Below are positions 8,287-18,168 of a stretch of DNA of 33,536 nucleotides, in pieces; position 1 is the first letter of the stretch, and each line of letters begins with the position of its first letter. The translations under genes and the position numbers were made by a program. This DNA is from Candidatus Sysuiplasma jiujiangense (GTDB lineage: Archaea; Thermoplasmatota; Thermoplasmata; Sysuiplasmatales; Sysuiplasmataceae): contig JAHEAD010000020.1 in the NCBI GenBank assembly GCA_019721075.1, forward strand, positions 1-33,536, read 5' to 3'. The notes beneath the pieces were generated by a model. The model worked only from the letters and a program-made list of their open reading frames with translations. It was not told where the DNA came from and made no database searches.

Positions 8287-10557
8287 ATGCCTTCCAAAGA
8301 CCAAGCATCAAATGTAGGGTTTTACAGGATGAGACTGCGATTTGCGCTCATCAACCTGCGCAAACAATGGAGACTCTACTACAGATCGGCCTACGGCAAA
8401 GCAGGACTCTACATGCTTATATTTTTCATCATAATCTCGGTGGCCGCGCCAATCATCACCATGCATCCCCCTGAGACATTTTTTGCCCCGCAGATAGACG
8501 CGTACGTCGCAACACAGGAAATGGCATCTCCCGTTGTGTCTTCAGGAACCTATTCGGCCGCAAATATTTACGCACCTGTTTCATCACTTCTGAGTCCTAC
8601 GGGCAGTTATCTTGTATACGTCAGCACCCCGGGCGGCAGGGTGGTGGCTGTAGGGCTCGGAGCTTCACCGGACACCCCGGAGGGATCTGTTTTCGAAATT
8701 GCGAACGCTTCCGTCCCGAGTGGCGGCTTCGCATTTCCTGCAAGCGTCTTTCCTCTCTCCAATTACCAGTCCCTGATCACGACCTCGACACTGAACTACA
8801 GCAACTACATGATGGTCTCATCAACTGGAGGAGGGATAAGCAGCATAAGAGTCAGCGAGCTGGAATGGTCTGGAGGAATACCAGGATACGGAAAGATACG
8901 CGTTTTGGACAATGAGACTGTCAGATTGAACGGAACGCTCCTCCTTTCTCCGGACACCAATTCGCCTTCGACTGCTGCTCCGCTTCCTCCCTGGGTGCCT
9001 TTCAATAGCCCTTCCGCCGAAATCAATGGTTTCACCTCTGCAATGATCTTTGCCATAATCAGCAATTCGAGCGGCACCTTTCTTGAGGCATACGGCATCA
9101 ATCCGATGACGCTGATGTGGTCTCTTCCACTTCCTGGAAACGGTACAGCTGCAGAACCGCTTTACATGGGATCGTATTACAGTCCTGGCAAGATATCCTC
9201 TGCAACGCTTCTTGTCGAAAGAAGCAATTCCATTGCCGGCCTGAATCCTGTGACGGGCAAAATAGCGTGGCTGCAGGATAATTTCACCTCGCCACTCAAT
9301 ACTACGATCGGCCTAAAGGCACCACAAGATTACCAGATTCTCAACTCACCCAACAACAGCGCGATGTTCGTCTCCGGCAATAGGCTGCTTGGCATAAATG
9401 TGCTGAACGGCAGCGTTTACACCATTTACACTACGAAGACGGATATAACGACCTTTGCCACGACACCCGGCAGCTCAGGCTTTCCTTCTTCGATTATCGC
9501 AGTTACCCATTACCATTTCTACCTCATACGTGGACAGGGGCGTCTTTACGCAGGCGGCAAGATCAAGATACCTGTGGTATCTGGTGATTTCCTCAGTTCG
9601 CCGCTGTATGATCCCAATACCCAGACATTTGTTTTGCTTTCCACTCAGGGATCCATGGTTTCTGTTTCATCAATCGTTGGCAAATATCCCTTCCTCTGGC
9701 ATGCTAGTTATCTTCCCGGGACTCAGGACTCCCCCCCGTCGCTCCTCGCGAATGCGAATACGGGAGGTTACTCCCTCGCGTTCAACAACCGTAATGGCAA
9801 ACTCGTTCTGTACTCGATGGTCGGTTCAGACAAGAATCCGCTCCCCCCGACACTGCACTCTCCATCGGGTAATGTCTATCTCTTCGGCACGAACATTTAC
9901 GGGCAGGACTTGTGGAGTCAGTGGGTCGCCAGTTTTCCCGTTGATTTGGAGGTTGGAATTGTTGTAGCGGCTGGAACGCTGCTGATATCCGTCGTAGTTG
10001 CAATGCTCGTAGGATATCTGGGTGGCTTCGTTGGTTCGTCGCTTGAAACATTCTCGCTAATTATCTTTCTCATTCCGACGATCCCTCTTGTGATAGTAAT
10101 GGCCTCTATCCTTGGAAGCAAATCGCTTTTGAATATCATACTCGTATTCATCGCAGTCGGTTGGCCTTTCACGACATTCACGCTCATCGGAGTTGTCAAA
10201 TCGCTGCGTTCCCGTACGTTCATTGAAGCATCAAAGGCATGCGGAGCTGGGACGATGCAGATCCTCCGAAGACACATGCTTTCAAACATGACACCACTGC
10301 TGGCGTACCTTACGGCGATAGGTATAGGTGCGGCGGTCGGGGGCATTTCAGGTCTGCAGGTGCTTGGAATTGGCCCGACAGACATACCAACATGGGGAGC
10401 AATGCTCAATCCATTTTACACTAATTTCTTTCTTGTGGCAAGAGCATGGTGGTGGGTCATTCCGCCGACAGTAACACTCACTGCGTTTATATTCATGTTC
10501 GTTTTCATATCGCGGGGACTGGACGAAGTGGTCAATCCGCGTCTCAGGAGGCGCTGA
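8287..10557 (+). CDS. dppC: ABC peptide transporter permease, DppC/OppC type, with large extracytoplasmic insertion
   Basis: N-terminal TM ('IISVAAPII'), 'LFGTNIYGQDLWS', EAA loop 'FIEASKACGA', 'PTWGAML', 'AWWWVIPP' and 'GLDEVVNPRLR'. At 756 aa it is far longer than the usual ~300 aa. Confidence 0.9.
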   Translation: MPSKDQASNVGFYRMRLRFALINLRKQWRLYYRSAYGKAGLYMLIFFIIISVAAPIITMHPPETFFAPQIDAYVATQEMASPVVSSGTYSAANIYAPVSSLLSPTGSYLVYVSTPGGRVVAVGLGASPDTPEGSVFEIANASVPSGGFAFPASVFPLSNYQSLITTSTLNYSNYMMVSSTGGGISSIRVSELEWSGGIPGYGKIRVLDNETVRLNGTLLLSPDTNSPSTAAPLPPWVPFNSPSAEINGFTSAMIFAIISNSSGTFLEAYGINPMTLMWSLPLPGNGTAAEPLYMGSYYSPGKISSATLLVERSNSIAGLNPVTGKIAWLQDNFTSPLNTTIGLKAPQDYQILNSPNNSAMFVSGNRLLGINVLNGSVYTIYTTKTDITTFATTPGSSGFPSSIIAVTHYHFYLIRGQGRLYAGGKIKIPVVSGDFLSSPLYDPNTQTFVLLSTQGSMVSVSSIVGKYPFLWHASYLPGTQDSPPSLLANANTGGYSLAFNNRNGKLVLYSMVGSDKNPLPPTLHSPSGNVYLFGTNIYGQDLWSQWVASFPVDLEVGIVVAAGTLLISVVVAMLVGYLGGFVGSSLETFSLIIFLIPTIPLVIVMASILGSKSLLNIILVFIAVGWPFTTFTLIGVVKSLRSRTFIEASKACGAGTMQILRRHMLSNMTPLLAYLTAIGIGAAVGGISGLQVLGIGPTDIPTWGAMLNPFYTNFFLVARAWWWVIPPTVTLTAFIFMFVFISRGLDEVVNPRLRRR

Positions 10558-10558
10558 T

Positions 10559-12790
10559 TTGGTAACTGAAACTATGCTTCACGTAACGCCCAAGCAGACA
10601 GTTTCATCCCCTGTAGTCGAAATTAAAGATTTTTCGGTAAACTTTACCACCGCTGACGGAACACTCAATGCTCTTGACAGGGTGAATCTCACAATTGAGA
10701 AAGGAGAAATATTGGGTATCCTGGGTGAGAGCGGCTCGGGAAAGTCCACACTGGCACTTTCCATGATGGGCATGCTGCCGGAGAACGCGCATGTAACGGG
10801 GGAGGTAATGCTTCTTAACACGACTGTTTCCGCTCCTGATATTTCCGGTGCGGCGTTTCTGAAAATGAAAAGGAGACGTTCAAAGATCCTGAGCGAAAAA
10901 CTCCGCAACATCCGGTGGAAGTCCGTTTCGATGGTCTTCCAGGGTTCGATGAATGCGTTCAATCCTGTTTATACCATCTACAGACAAATAGCCGAAGTAT
11001 ACCGCATACACACAAACTTTGATAAGGAAACAATAAGGAAAAAGGTAACCGAGACTGTGAAGAAGGCGGGTCTCAATCCAGTGATCCTTGATTCATATCC
11101 TCATGAGCTCAGCGGCGGAATGAAACAGAGAGCAGTAATCGCGATGGCGCTTGCGCTTAATCCCACCATGGTCATCGCCGACGAGCCGACAACCGGGCTC
11201 GACGTGGTGACGCAGGCAAGGATCATCGGCGAACTGAAGACAACTGTTAGGAACCAGGTCAAGTCAATGGTCATCATTTCACACGATATCGGAGTTGTTG
11301 CACAGCTTGCGACAAGGGTGATCGTCCTTTATGCAGGCAGAATAATGGAAATAGGCAGCATCGAAGATATCTACATTAACCCGGTAAATCCTTACACGAA
11401 AGCTTCCCTGGAGAGTTATCCTTCCCTTGCAGCAAAGAAGACGTTCATGCGCGGCATACCTGGTGTTCCACCTGATTTGATGTCCATGTCTGCTGGCTGC
11501 AGGTTTGCCCCGCGGTGCATGTATGCGAAGGACATATGCAGCATCGAGGATCCTCCACTTGTTAAGGTCTCAGGTGGGCACTTCAGCCGATGCCATTTTG
11601 CATCAGATATTGCCGCCGGAAAGGGAGAATTGACTTCCTCGCGACAGGCAGCATCCGATATAATGAAACATGCAAAGCCCGAAGAGGAAGTTATGAAAGT
11701 TGAGAGCCTCACAAAGTATTTCGATCTCAGGACTTCCCTTGCCGGCCGCATTTTCAGCAGGCCTGGATCAGCAAGACTGGTAAGAGCTGTAGATCATGTC
11801 AGTTTCGAAGTGATGAGAGGCGAGATACTGGGCGTCGTGGGGGAAAGCGGAAGCGGAAAAACCACATTCGGAAGGACGGCCATATCCTTGATTAAGCCGA
11901 CTTCAGGAAAGGTAATTCTCTCCGTAAAAATTACAAATCAGCCTGAGCTTGCGTCGCCGCCGGATATCAATGTTCTGCGGAATTCCTCCGTCGAAGATCA
12001 CGTGCTCGATGTTTCTGCCGAGCGCAAAGGGAGGAAGGAGATGCGTCTGCTCAGGGAAAAGACACAGATGATCTTCCAGGATCCTTATGATTCACTGGAT
12101 CCGAAAATGACCATATTCGATATCGTGAGGGAACCTATAATCGCGCACAGAACAACGAAGGACCCAAATGAGGAACTCCGGATGGTCAAAGAGGCACTTA
12201 CTGTCGTTAGACTCAATCCGCCTGAGAATTTCATAAACAGGTATCCGCATGAATTATCCGGCGGCGAAAGACAGCGTGTTGCTGCTGCGCGGGCACTAGT
12301 GCTCAAGCCGGATCTTCTTGTCGCGGATGAACCGATATCGATGCTCGATGTTTCTCTCAGGGCCGGATTCATGAATCTTCTTCTTGAGCTGCGCAAAAAT
12401 TACGGTATAACGATAATCTACATAACACACGATCTGGCATCTGCGCGGTATGTCTCAGACAGGATAGTTGTCATGTATCTGGGTGTTGCGGTAGAACTGG
12501 GTGACGCCGAAGAGGTGGTGAGCAGGCCGCTGCATCCTTACACAAAGGCGCTTATTGAGGCTGTTCCTCTTCCAACACCGAACTGGAATCCGAAGGGACT
12601 GAAAATAATAGGCGAGATTGGGAACGCTGTCAATGTACCGAAAGGATGCAGATTCTACGACAGGTGTGTTTACCGGCAGGAAATATGCAGGGATAACGTT
12701 CCACCACGCAGAAGCGAGAAAAATCACTGGTATCTCTGTCACTTCTCACAGGAGGAACTTGAGGGTTTTGAACCCCCGGGACAGTCGTGA
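10559..12790 (+). CDS. Fused DppD-DppF (OppD-OppF) double ABC ATPase
   Basis: Two Walker A motifs (GESGSGKST, GESGSGKTT), two signatures (LSGGMKQR, LSGGERQR), two Walker B motifs (ADEP) and two C-terminal 'GCRF..RC...C...CH' domains. SD 'aggagg' lies inside the dppC 3' end. Confidence 0.95.
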   Translation: MVTETMLHVTPKQTVSSPVVEIKDFSVNFTTADGTLNALDRVNLTIEKGEILGILGESGSGKSTLALSMMGMLPENAHVTGEVMLLNTTVSAPDISGAAFLKMKRRRSKILSEKLRNIRWKSVSMVFQGSMNAFNPVYTIYRQIAEVYRIHTNFDKETIRKKVTETVKKAGLNPVILDSYPHELSGGMKQRAVIAMALALNPTMVIADEPTTGLDVVTQARIIGELKTTVRNQVKSMVIISHDIGVVAQLATRVIVLYAGRIMEIGSIEDIYINPVNPYTKASLESYPSLAAKKTFMRGIPGVPPDLMSMSAGCRFAPRCMYAKDICSIEDPPLVKVSGGHFSRCHFASDIAAGKGELTSSRQAASDIMKHAKPEEEVMKVESLTKYFDLRTSLAGRIFSRPGSARLVRAVDHVSFEVMRGEILGVVGESGSGKTTFGRTAISLIKPTSGKVILSVKITNQPELASPPDINVLRNSSVEDHVLDVSAERKGRKEMRLLREKTQMIFQDPYDSLDPKMTIFDIVREPIIAHRTTKDPNEELRMVKEALTVVRLNPPENFINRYPHELSGGERQRVAAARALVLKPDLLVADEPISMLDVSLRAGFMNLLLELRKNYGITIIYITHDLASARYVSDRIVVMYLGVAVELGDAEEVVSRPLHPYTKALIEAVPLPTPNWNPKGLKIIGEIGNAVNVPKGCRFYDRCVYRQEICRDNVPPRRSEKNHWYLCHFSQEELEGFEPPGQS

Positions 12791-12907
12791 TAACCGTTTT
12801 AGGCCGCCCATATAGCCGGGAGTACTGTATCTCCTTCCCGTGAATACCGCACAGTTTTTCTTATGTAGAGTGCACGATTTTATTAACGGAGATGTGGATC
12901 AGGCTGT

Positions 12908-13285
12908 GTGCATTATGAGGAAGAAATACAGCTGGAAATGGCGAAGAAGCAGACAAGACAGGCTTTCATCCGGTATTCATTGTATCCGCTAGCGCTCCTG
13001 GCAATAATGCTGACCTTCCCGCTTCCGCTTTACTATCTTGGACTGTTCCCGTATACCCTTGTCATGCCGGATGTCCTTGCAATTACCGGCATAGTTGTAA
13101 TATTCCTCGGTGCTTTTTACGATTTTGGGGCGAAGAAGTACGTTAGTGAAATTGCAGAAAGCAGACTGCCATTTTCAAATGACGATCTCAATTACATATA
13201 CAAGCAGCAACTTAAGCTGACAGGCGTTTATGCAATTGTTGGGTTCCTCTTTTTTATTTCTGCAGTAATCATATTTGCTTTTTGA
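12908..13285 (+). CDS. Hypothetical membrane protein (about 3 TM segments)
   Basis: Three hydrophobic stretches. TATA-like 'ttttattaa' about 25 nt upstream of the GTG. Confidence 0.7.
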   Translation: MHYEEEIQLEMAKKQTRQAFIRYSLYPLALLAIMLTFPLPLYYLGLFPYTLVMPDVLAITGIVVIFLGAFYDFGAKKYVSEIAESRLPFSNDDLNYIYKQQLKLTGVYAIVGFLFFISAVIIFAF

Positions 13286-13802
13286 GGTGTGCCTTCACTG
13301 TCTCGTAGGAAAGCGCGGCTACAACTGTGACAACCCCTGCCACCGCGGACAGCAGGGCATAATTCAGGAAGCCGTGAATATCCACACCCGTGACTGTCAT
13401 GTCGAAAAACGGATTCTGAAGGGGAGACCAGTTGCCCACCAGAAAAAGAGACTCCTGCCTATGCGCTGTTACCGAAAACTTGCCGAAGAGCCCGCTGTAT
13501 TCGCTTATAATCTTCAGTGTCGAGGTATGTCCATTTGCGAATAAAATCCAGGAAGTAGCATTGGCAAAGCCAACCGTTACAGGAAGATCGGAACTGAAGC
13601 TGATGTACAGGGAATCACCGGCAGGCAGGACAATTTCACCTGCCGTATACCAGCCGCTGCGGCCTACAGCAAAGAAAGAATCGCTGGTCAATACGGTAGA
13701 GGTCTTAACCGGAATGAGATAGAGGGAAATGGCCAGTAACAGGAAGATCACTCCGAGTGCCATTACATCGTAGCGGATGATTCCTTTCTTTGCGTGTTTC
13801 AT
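13269..13802 (-). CDS. Hypothetical membrane protein with N- and C-terminal TM helices around a beta-rich domain
   Basis: Hydrophobic termini and alternating beta-strand pattern in the middle. Convergent 17-nt overlap with the neighbouring gene. Confidence 0.7.
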   Translation of the reverse strand: MKHAKKGIIRYDVMALGVIFLLLAISLYLIPVKTSTVLTSDSFFAVGRSGWYTAGEIVLPAGDSLYISFSSDLPVTVGFANATSWILFANGHTSTLKIISEYSGLFGKFSVTAHRQESLFLVGNWSPLQNPFFDMTVTGVDIHGFLNYALLSAVAGVVTVVAALSYETVKAHLKKQI

Positions 13803-14366
13803 GACCTGCCACCCAATTTGGATTGGCCTCCGCCCAACAGATCCGTGGTGTTTGCGATTGGGGGCATAGAGCCGTCTCCAAATAATCCATGAATCAATGC
13901 ATTACTTCAATTTTGCCAATAATTAAATCTCTGCCGGCACTGTATCACTTTCGGGGCAGTCGGGATACTCTTCCGGCCAAAAACCATTCTTTGAATTATG
14001 GCGCATATCAGCTCTGAAGCAGAGTAAAACATTGCTTCCAGAAGAAAAAACAGAGTCAGGCCCTTCCCGCATAGACGGATAGCTTGTTGCTACAGTGACT
14101 TGGCCAGCAGAGCGGTATTTTTCAGCCGAAAATATCATGACAATGAGCGCTTCGGCCGTCTCTCATGAAAGGTCTGGCATTCATTGCTGCCAACGACTCG
14201 ATATTGTCAGCGGAATAAGTGAATTCCTGCGCCATTCTCCGCTCCAAACACCGGCAATCGGGCATCTTACTGCCATTTCACCTGTGCCGCATTGGGCTGA
14301 CAGGAAACGATCGCGGAAGAAAGGAATGTCACATTAGATTCGAGGTATCGAATCAATACCGACTTC

Positions 14367-14945
14367 TCAAATCCAGAGTCCGGGACCGCCGATACCTCCA
14401 CCAAACATACCATAACCCATCATGCCCATCATACCGAGGCCACCCATCATCATCATTGGCCCCATCATGGAGTTCTGCTGTGCCGCCATCTGCTGTTGAT
14501 GCGCTTTAACATGTGCGTCCAGTTCCGCCTGGCTTTTGAAAAGCATTCCGTCAATATCACATATTTTCAAAGTGGGGTCTATCTTATTTACTATCTCCTT
14601 CCACAATCTCTTTTCGAATTCATGGCCTGAATGGAGCTCTGCGGCTGTTGCAATACCTGCAGTTGCAATGCCCTCTATGGCCGGTATAGCCAGATCCCTC
14701 CCCCAAATTCCTGCATGAAGCTGCACTTCAAATTTCCCCTGCTTCCCCGCAATAAGGACATCGACGTCCCTGACCTTCCCGAGTACTATCCTCTCCCTGT
14801 TCGACTTTCTTGCATGAATATCCCACAGGTTGTCATTTGCCTCATCTGAAGTTATGGAAAAACCTTCATCGGTCAGAAGTTTGCTGACAAGCGTATGGAC
14901 TTCTTCCGGTGTTATATCCTTTTCAATAAACCCATGCTTGATCAT
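14367..14945 (-). CDS. Hypothetical protein with C2H2-like finger variant and Gln/Met/Gly-rich tail
   Basis: Protein-like composition, motif CDIDGMLFKSQAELDAHVKAH and low-complexity tail. Start moved to ATG 14945, about 25 nt downstream of minus-strand TATA 'tatttaag'. Confidence 0.8.
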   Translation of the reverse strand: MIKHGFIEKDITPEEVHTLVSKLLTDEGFSITSDEANDNLWDIHARKSNRERIVLGKVRDVDVLIAGKQGKFEVQLHAGIWGRDLAIPAIEGIATAGIATAAELHSGHEFEKRLWKEIVNKIDPTLKICDIDGMLFKSQAELDAHVKAHQQQMAAQQNSMMGPMMMMGGLGMMGMMGYGMFGGGIGGPGLWI

Positions 14946-15138
14946 GGTGTAGCCATGGCTGACCACACTTAAATAGCCTCTTCAGTCTTCAGCTGTTTCC
15001 GATTTGAAAACCGTTCCCTGCACACATGATCAACACCCTCAACGCTTTCTGGTCGGCAGTCCTGTAGCGGAATCGTCTCCGTGCACAGGAAGCAGCAGGG
15101 ATACGACTTTGTGAGACGGAAATGCGCCAGAGGCCGCA

Positions 15139-16986
15139 TTAATTACCGGAAAGGAGATGTTTACACAGGAAGCGATATGTCCGCATCTGGGAGTCTATGA
15201 TATTTTCCATTTTTTCGAACGAGTGCCCCTCACCCCGGTAGAATTTAAAATCCAACGGAACTCGCATCTTTTCAATTTTTTCCTTTGCCTGAAGGGACTC
15301 CGAAAGCGGGCATCTCGGATCATTTTCGCCTGCAATGATCTGCACCGGGGCACGTATCCTGTCCAGGAAGAAAACAGGGGACGCGCTCCTCAATCTGTCT
15401 GAGTCCCGCACCGGATCTCCCATATTCTGGATGTCCCAGTATCTGAGGTCCTCGCGTTCACTTTCCATTTCTGTGAACCAGTTAAGGAACGGAACGGTCG
15501 CCGAACCAGCGCACCATCTGTCGGGATAAAACACGAGCGAGCACATTGTGAGGTAACCGCCAAACGACGCACCCATCACGGCAATTTTGTTTCCGGAGGC
15601 AAGCCCGTTTTCCGTCAGGTATTTCCAGGCACCCACGCAGTCCGCGAGGTCGGCTGATCCCATTACAAACCTGTTTGCATCCCTGAACTTCCTCCCGTAA
15701 CCTGAACTTCCGCGGTAATTTGGACAAATGACTGAAATGCCGGTTAGGACAAAACTCTGTATCAGCGGATCCCATTTGTCATACGACCTCCAGGTTGGTC
15801 CGCCATGTATCGCAATGACAGCTGCATTTGCGTCCGAATCAGATTTTGCCCTGTAGAGCAGGGCCGGAATTGCCAGCCCGTCATGTTCCGACGGATAGCG
15901 CACCTCTACCGGCGAAACGAAGCCGTCCGTGATTTCCGGAGAAGAAAAACTTTGCGTGAGCCATTTGCCTTTCCCTGATGAAGTGTCGAAAAGACGGATG
16001 TTCGTGGGGCTGCCAGTGTCCTCGGCAAGCATGAAGATCTGTTTTCCATCAGCACTGAGATTGTGCCTGTAGCACCATCCTCCGAGAAAATCTGCCGTGT
16101 CTATTACATTACCGCCGTTCAGGTCAATTATCTTGGGCAGAAGAGAGACGCTTCCTTCCCTGAGACAGGAGAGGAACCTGCCGTCTCCAGAGAAAACTGG
16201 AGAAGAACAATTTTCGTCTTCACCCGTCAACCATCGGATTCCGTTAAGATTGTGATCCGTTATCCCTACTCTTTCTGCGTCACCCTGCATTGACGAAAAT
16301 GCAAGTGTCTTAGAATCGCCGGCCCAGCATGGGGTGGAAGCATCCACGGCGACTCCGTCAATTTCGAGGAACTTTCCGGTGCCACTCCCTTCCTCTTTCG
16401 CCGAGCGTACCGATATGCAATTCTCCTCACCTTCGCGACTGGACGAAACAGCAACGTATCTGCCGTCCGGCGAGATAACTGCTGCATTGTCAGAGAAGGA
16501 ATGGCGCGTAATTCTGCTCATTTTGGAGGATTTCACATCCATAACAAATGCTGCGAATTCCCCTTCACGGTTGGAAACAAATGCCGCCTTCCCTCCTGCC
16601 TCATCGACTGAAAGAGGCGGCAGGATTGAGTAATCTGTATCAGGCGTCAGGTTTCTTACCTCTCCAAGAACGAATTTTCCATCCTTTGGCTTGATTGTCG
16701 AAACAAATATGTCGTTTTTCTCGTCGCCACCGACGTCGCCAAGGAATAGCAAATGGCTGCCCCCGCCGATCAATTTCAGCGACACATAAGATCTGTCCTC
16801 AGCGGAAAGGAGGGATGAGCTGTATTTCCCATCGCTTCGTGGATCAAGTAGATACAGTTTCCTGCCATCGTCCGTATTTACGCTATAGACTATCCTTCCT
16901 GTTGATATCTCAACGTCGAATGAAATCACATATTGGGCGCTGAAAAGCTGTTCAAGCCGATTTTTATTAATTTCCTTCAATGGCAT
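15139..16986 (-). CDS. S9-family (prolyl oligopeptidase / acylaminoacyl) peptidase
   Basis: N-terminal propeller repeats (SPDGR, FSGDGR), IHGGP, NYRGSSGYG, and catalytic triad GASFGG / GENDPRC / GEGH. Confidence 0.93.
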   Translation of the reverse strand: MPLKEINKNRLEQLFSAQYVISFDVEISTGRIVYSVNTDDGRKLYLLDPRSDGKYSSSLLSAEDRSYVSLKLIGGGSHLLFLGDVGGDEKNDIFVSTIKPKDGKFVLGEVRNLTPDTDYSILPPLSVDEAGGKAAFVSNREGEFAAFVMDVKSSKMSRITRHSFSDNAAVISPDGRYVAVSSSREGEENCISVRSAKEEGSGTGKFLEIDGVAVDASTPCWAGDSKTLAFSSMQGDAERVGITDHNLNGIRWLTGEDENCSSPVFSGDGRFLSCLREGSVSLLPKIIDLNGGNVIDTADFLGGWCYRHNLSADGKQIFMLAEDTGSPTNIRLFDTSSGKGKWLTQSFSSPEITDGFVSPVEVRYPSEHDGLAIPALLYRAKSDSDANAAVIAIHGGPTWRSYDKWDPLIQSFVLTGISVICPNYRGSSGYGRKFRDANRFVMGSADLADCVGAWKYLTENGLASGNKIAVMGASFGGYLTMCSLVFYPDRWCAGSATVPFLNWFTEMESEREDLRYWDIQNMGDPVRDSDRLRSASPVFFLDRIRAPVQIIAGENDPRCPLSESLQAKEKIEKMRVPLDFKFYRGEGHSFEKMENIIDSQMRTYRFLCKHLLSGN

Positions 16987-17201
16987 TCACCGAACTGAGT
17001 TTCTACTGAACCACCATTCCTGTTTGGTTAATAAAATTTGGCTTACACTATGCAGTGATGTGGATGTCAACTGTTGGCCAGCAGCTTCGAGACGCAAGTT
17101 ATAACGCCCGCCAGGAGTTGTCTGATTTTGAATTTGCGGGAATCCATGCCACTGCACGCTCGCCGACGGGATGCGACGCTTGTTTCGTTGCAGACAAATG
17201 G

Positions 17202-17208
17202 TTTATAA
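17202..17208 (+). promoter_or_regulatory. TATA box of argF
   Basis: 'tttataa' about 30 nt upstream of ATG 17239. Confidence 0.6.
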
Positions 17209-17238
17209 CTACAGATGTCTGTTGCACACCGATCGGCA

Positions 17239-18168
17239 ATGAAACGAGATTTGATATCCATTACGGATGCGGCTGGAAAGGCCAATTCGCTGATTAGGAA
17301 CGCTCTGAAACTCAAAAACGAACAGAAGAACAGCGGAGGGAGAATCAGGGAAAAACCGCTGAAAGACAGACAACTGGCAATGATTTTTGAGAAGCCCTCT
17401 ACAAGGACGCGTGTTTCGTTCGAGGTGGCAATGAGCCAGCTCGGCGGAAACGCATTGTTCCTTAACTCTATAGATATGCAGCTCGGAAGAGGGGAAACGA
17501 TCTCCGATACTGCAAGAGTCCTGAGCAGGTACGTGGACGGAATAGTGTACAGAGCATTTGAAAACAGAATCATGAAGGAGCTGGCCACAAGCGCCACCGT
17601 TCCTGTGATAAACGGCCTCGATGATCTCGAGCACCCCTGTCAGGCACTTGCCGATCTGATGACCATACAGGAGAAATTCGGCAGGCTGAAGGGTCTGAAA
17701 CTTGCCTATGTCGGAGACGGTAACAACGTATGCAATTCACTCATGCTCGGATCCGCCATGACCGGAATACATTTCATTGCCGCCACACCCCCAGGATACG
17801 CTCCTCCACAGGCAATAAGCCAGCTAGCCGCATCAATAGCGCTCGAGCATAAATCAAGAGTGGAGATAGTGACTGAACCCGATGCAGCTGCCAAGAATGC
17901 AGACATACTGTATACCGATGTATGGACTTCAATGGGACAGGAATCCGAAAAAAAAGAAAGGGAAAAGATATTCGGCAAATTCCAGATCAACAGCAGGCTG
18001 CTTTCACAGGCACGGAAGAGTGCGATAGTAATGCACTGTCTTCCCGCTCACAGAGGCCTTGAAATAACGGACGATGTCATCGATGGCCGGAACAGCGTCG
18101 TATTCGACCAGGCGGAAAACAGGCTTCACGCGCAGAAGGCAGTACTACTCTGGCTTATCCGGCACTGA
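17239..18168 (+). CDS. argF: Ornithine carbamoyltransferase
   Basis: Motifs STRTRVSFE, HPCQALAD, DVWTSMG, HCLP and QAENR. Start moved to ATG 17239 from the TATA position. Confidence 0.96.
   Translation: MKRDLISITDAAGKANSLIRNALKLKNEQKNSGGRIREKPLKDRQLAMIFEKPSTRTRVSFEVAMSQLGGNALFLNSIDMQLGRGETISDTARVLSRYVDGIVYRAFENRIMKELATSATVPVINGLDDLEHPCQALADLMTIQEKFGRLKGLKLAYVGDGNNVCNSLMLGSAMTGIHFIAATPPGYAPPQAISQLAASIALEHKSRVEIVTEPDAAAKNADILYTDVWTSMGQESEKKEREKIFGKFQINSRLLSQARKSAIVMHCLPAHRGLEITDDVIDGRNSVVFDQAENRLHAQKAVLLWLIRH

Noticed and set aside
13803..14366. Small ORFs 13923-14138 and 14095-14337
   Set aside because: No motifs or clear translation signals. Left as intergenic.
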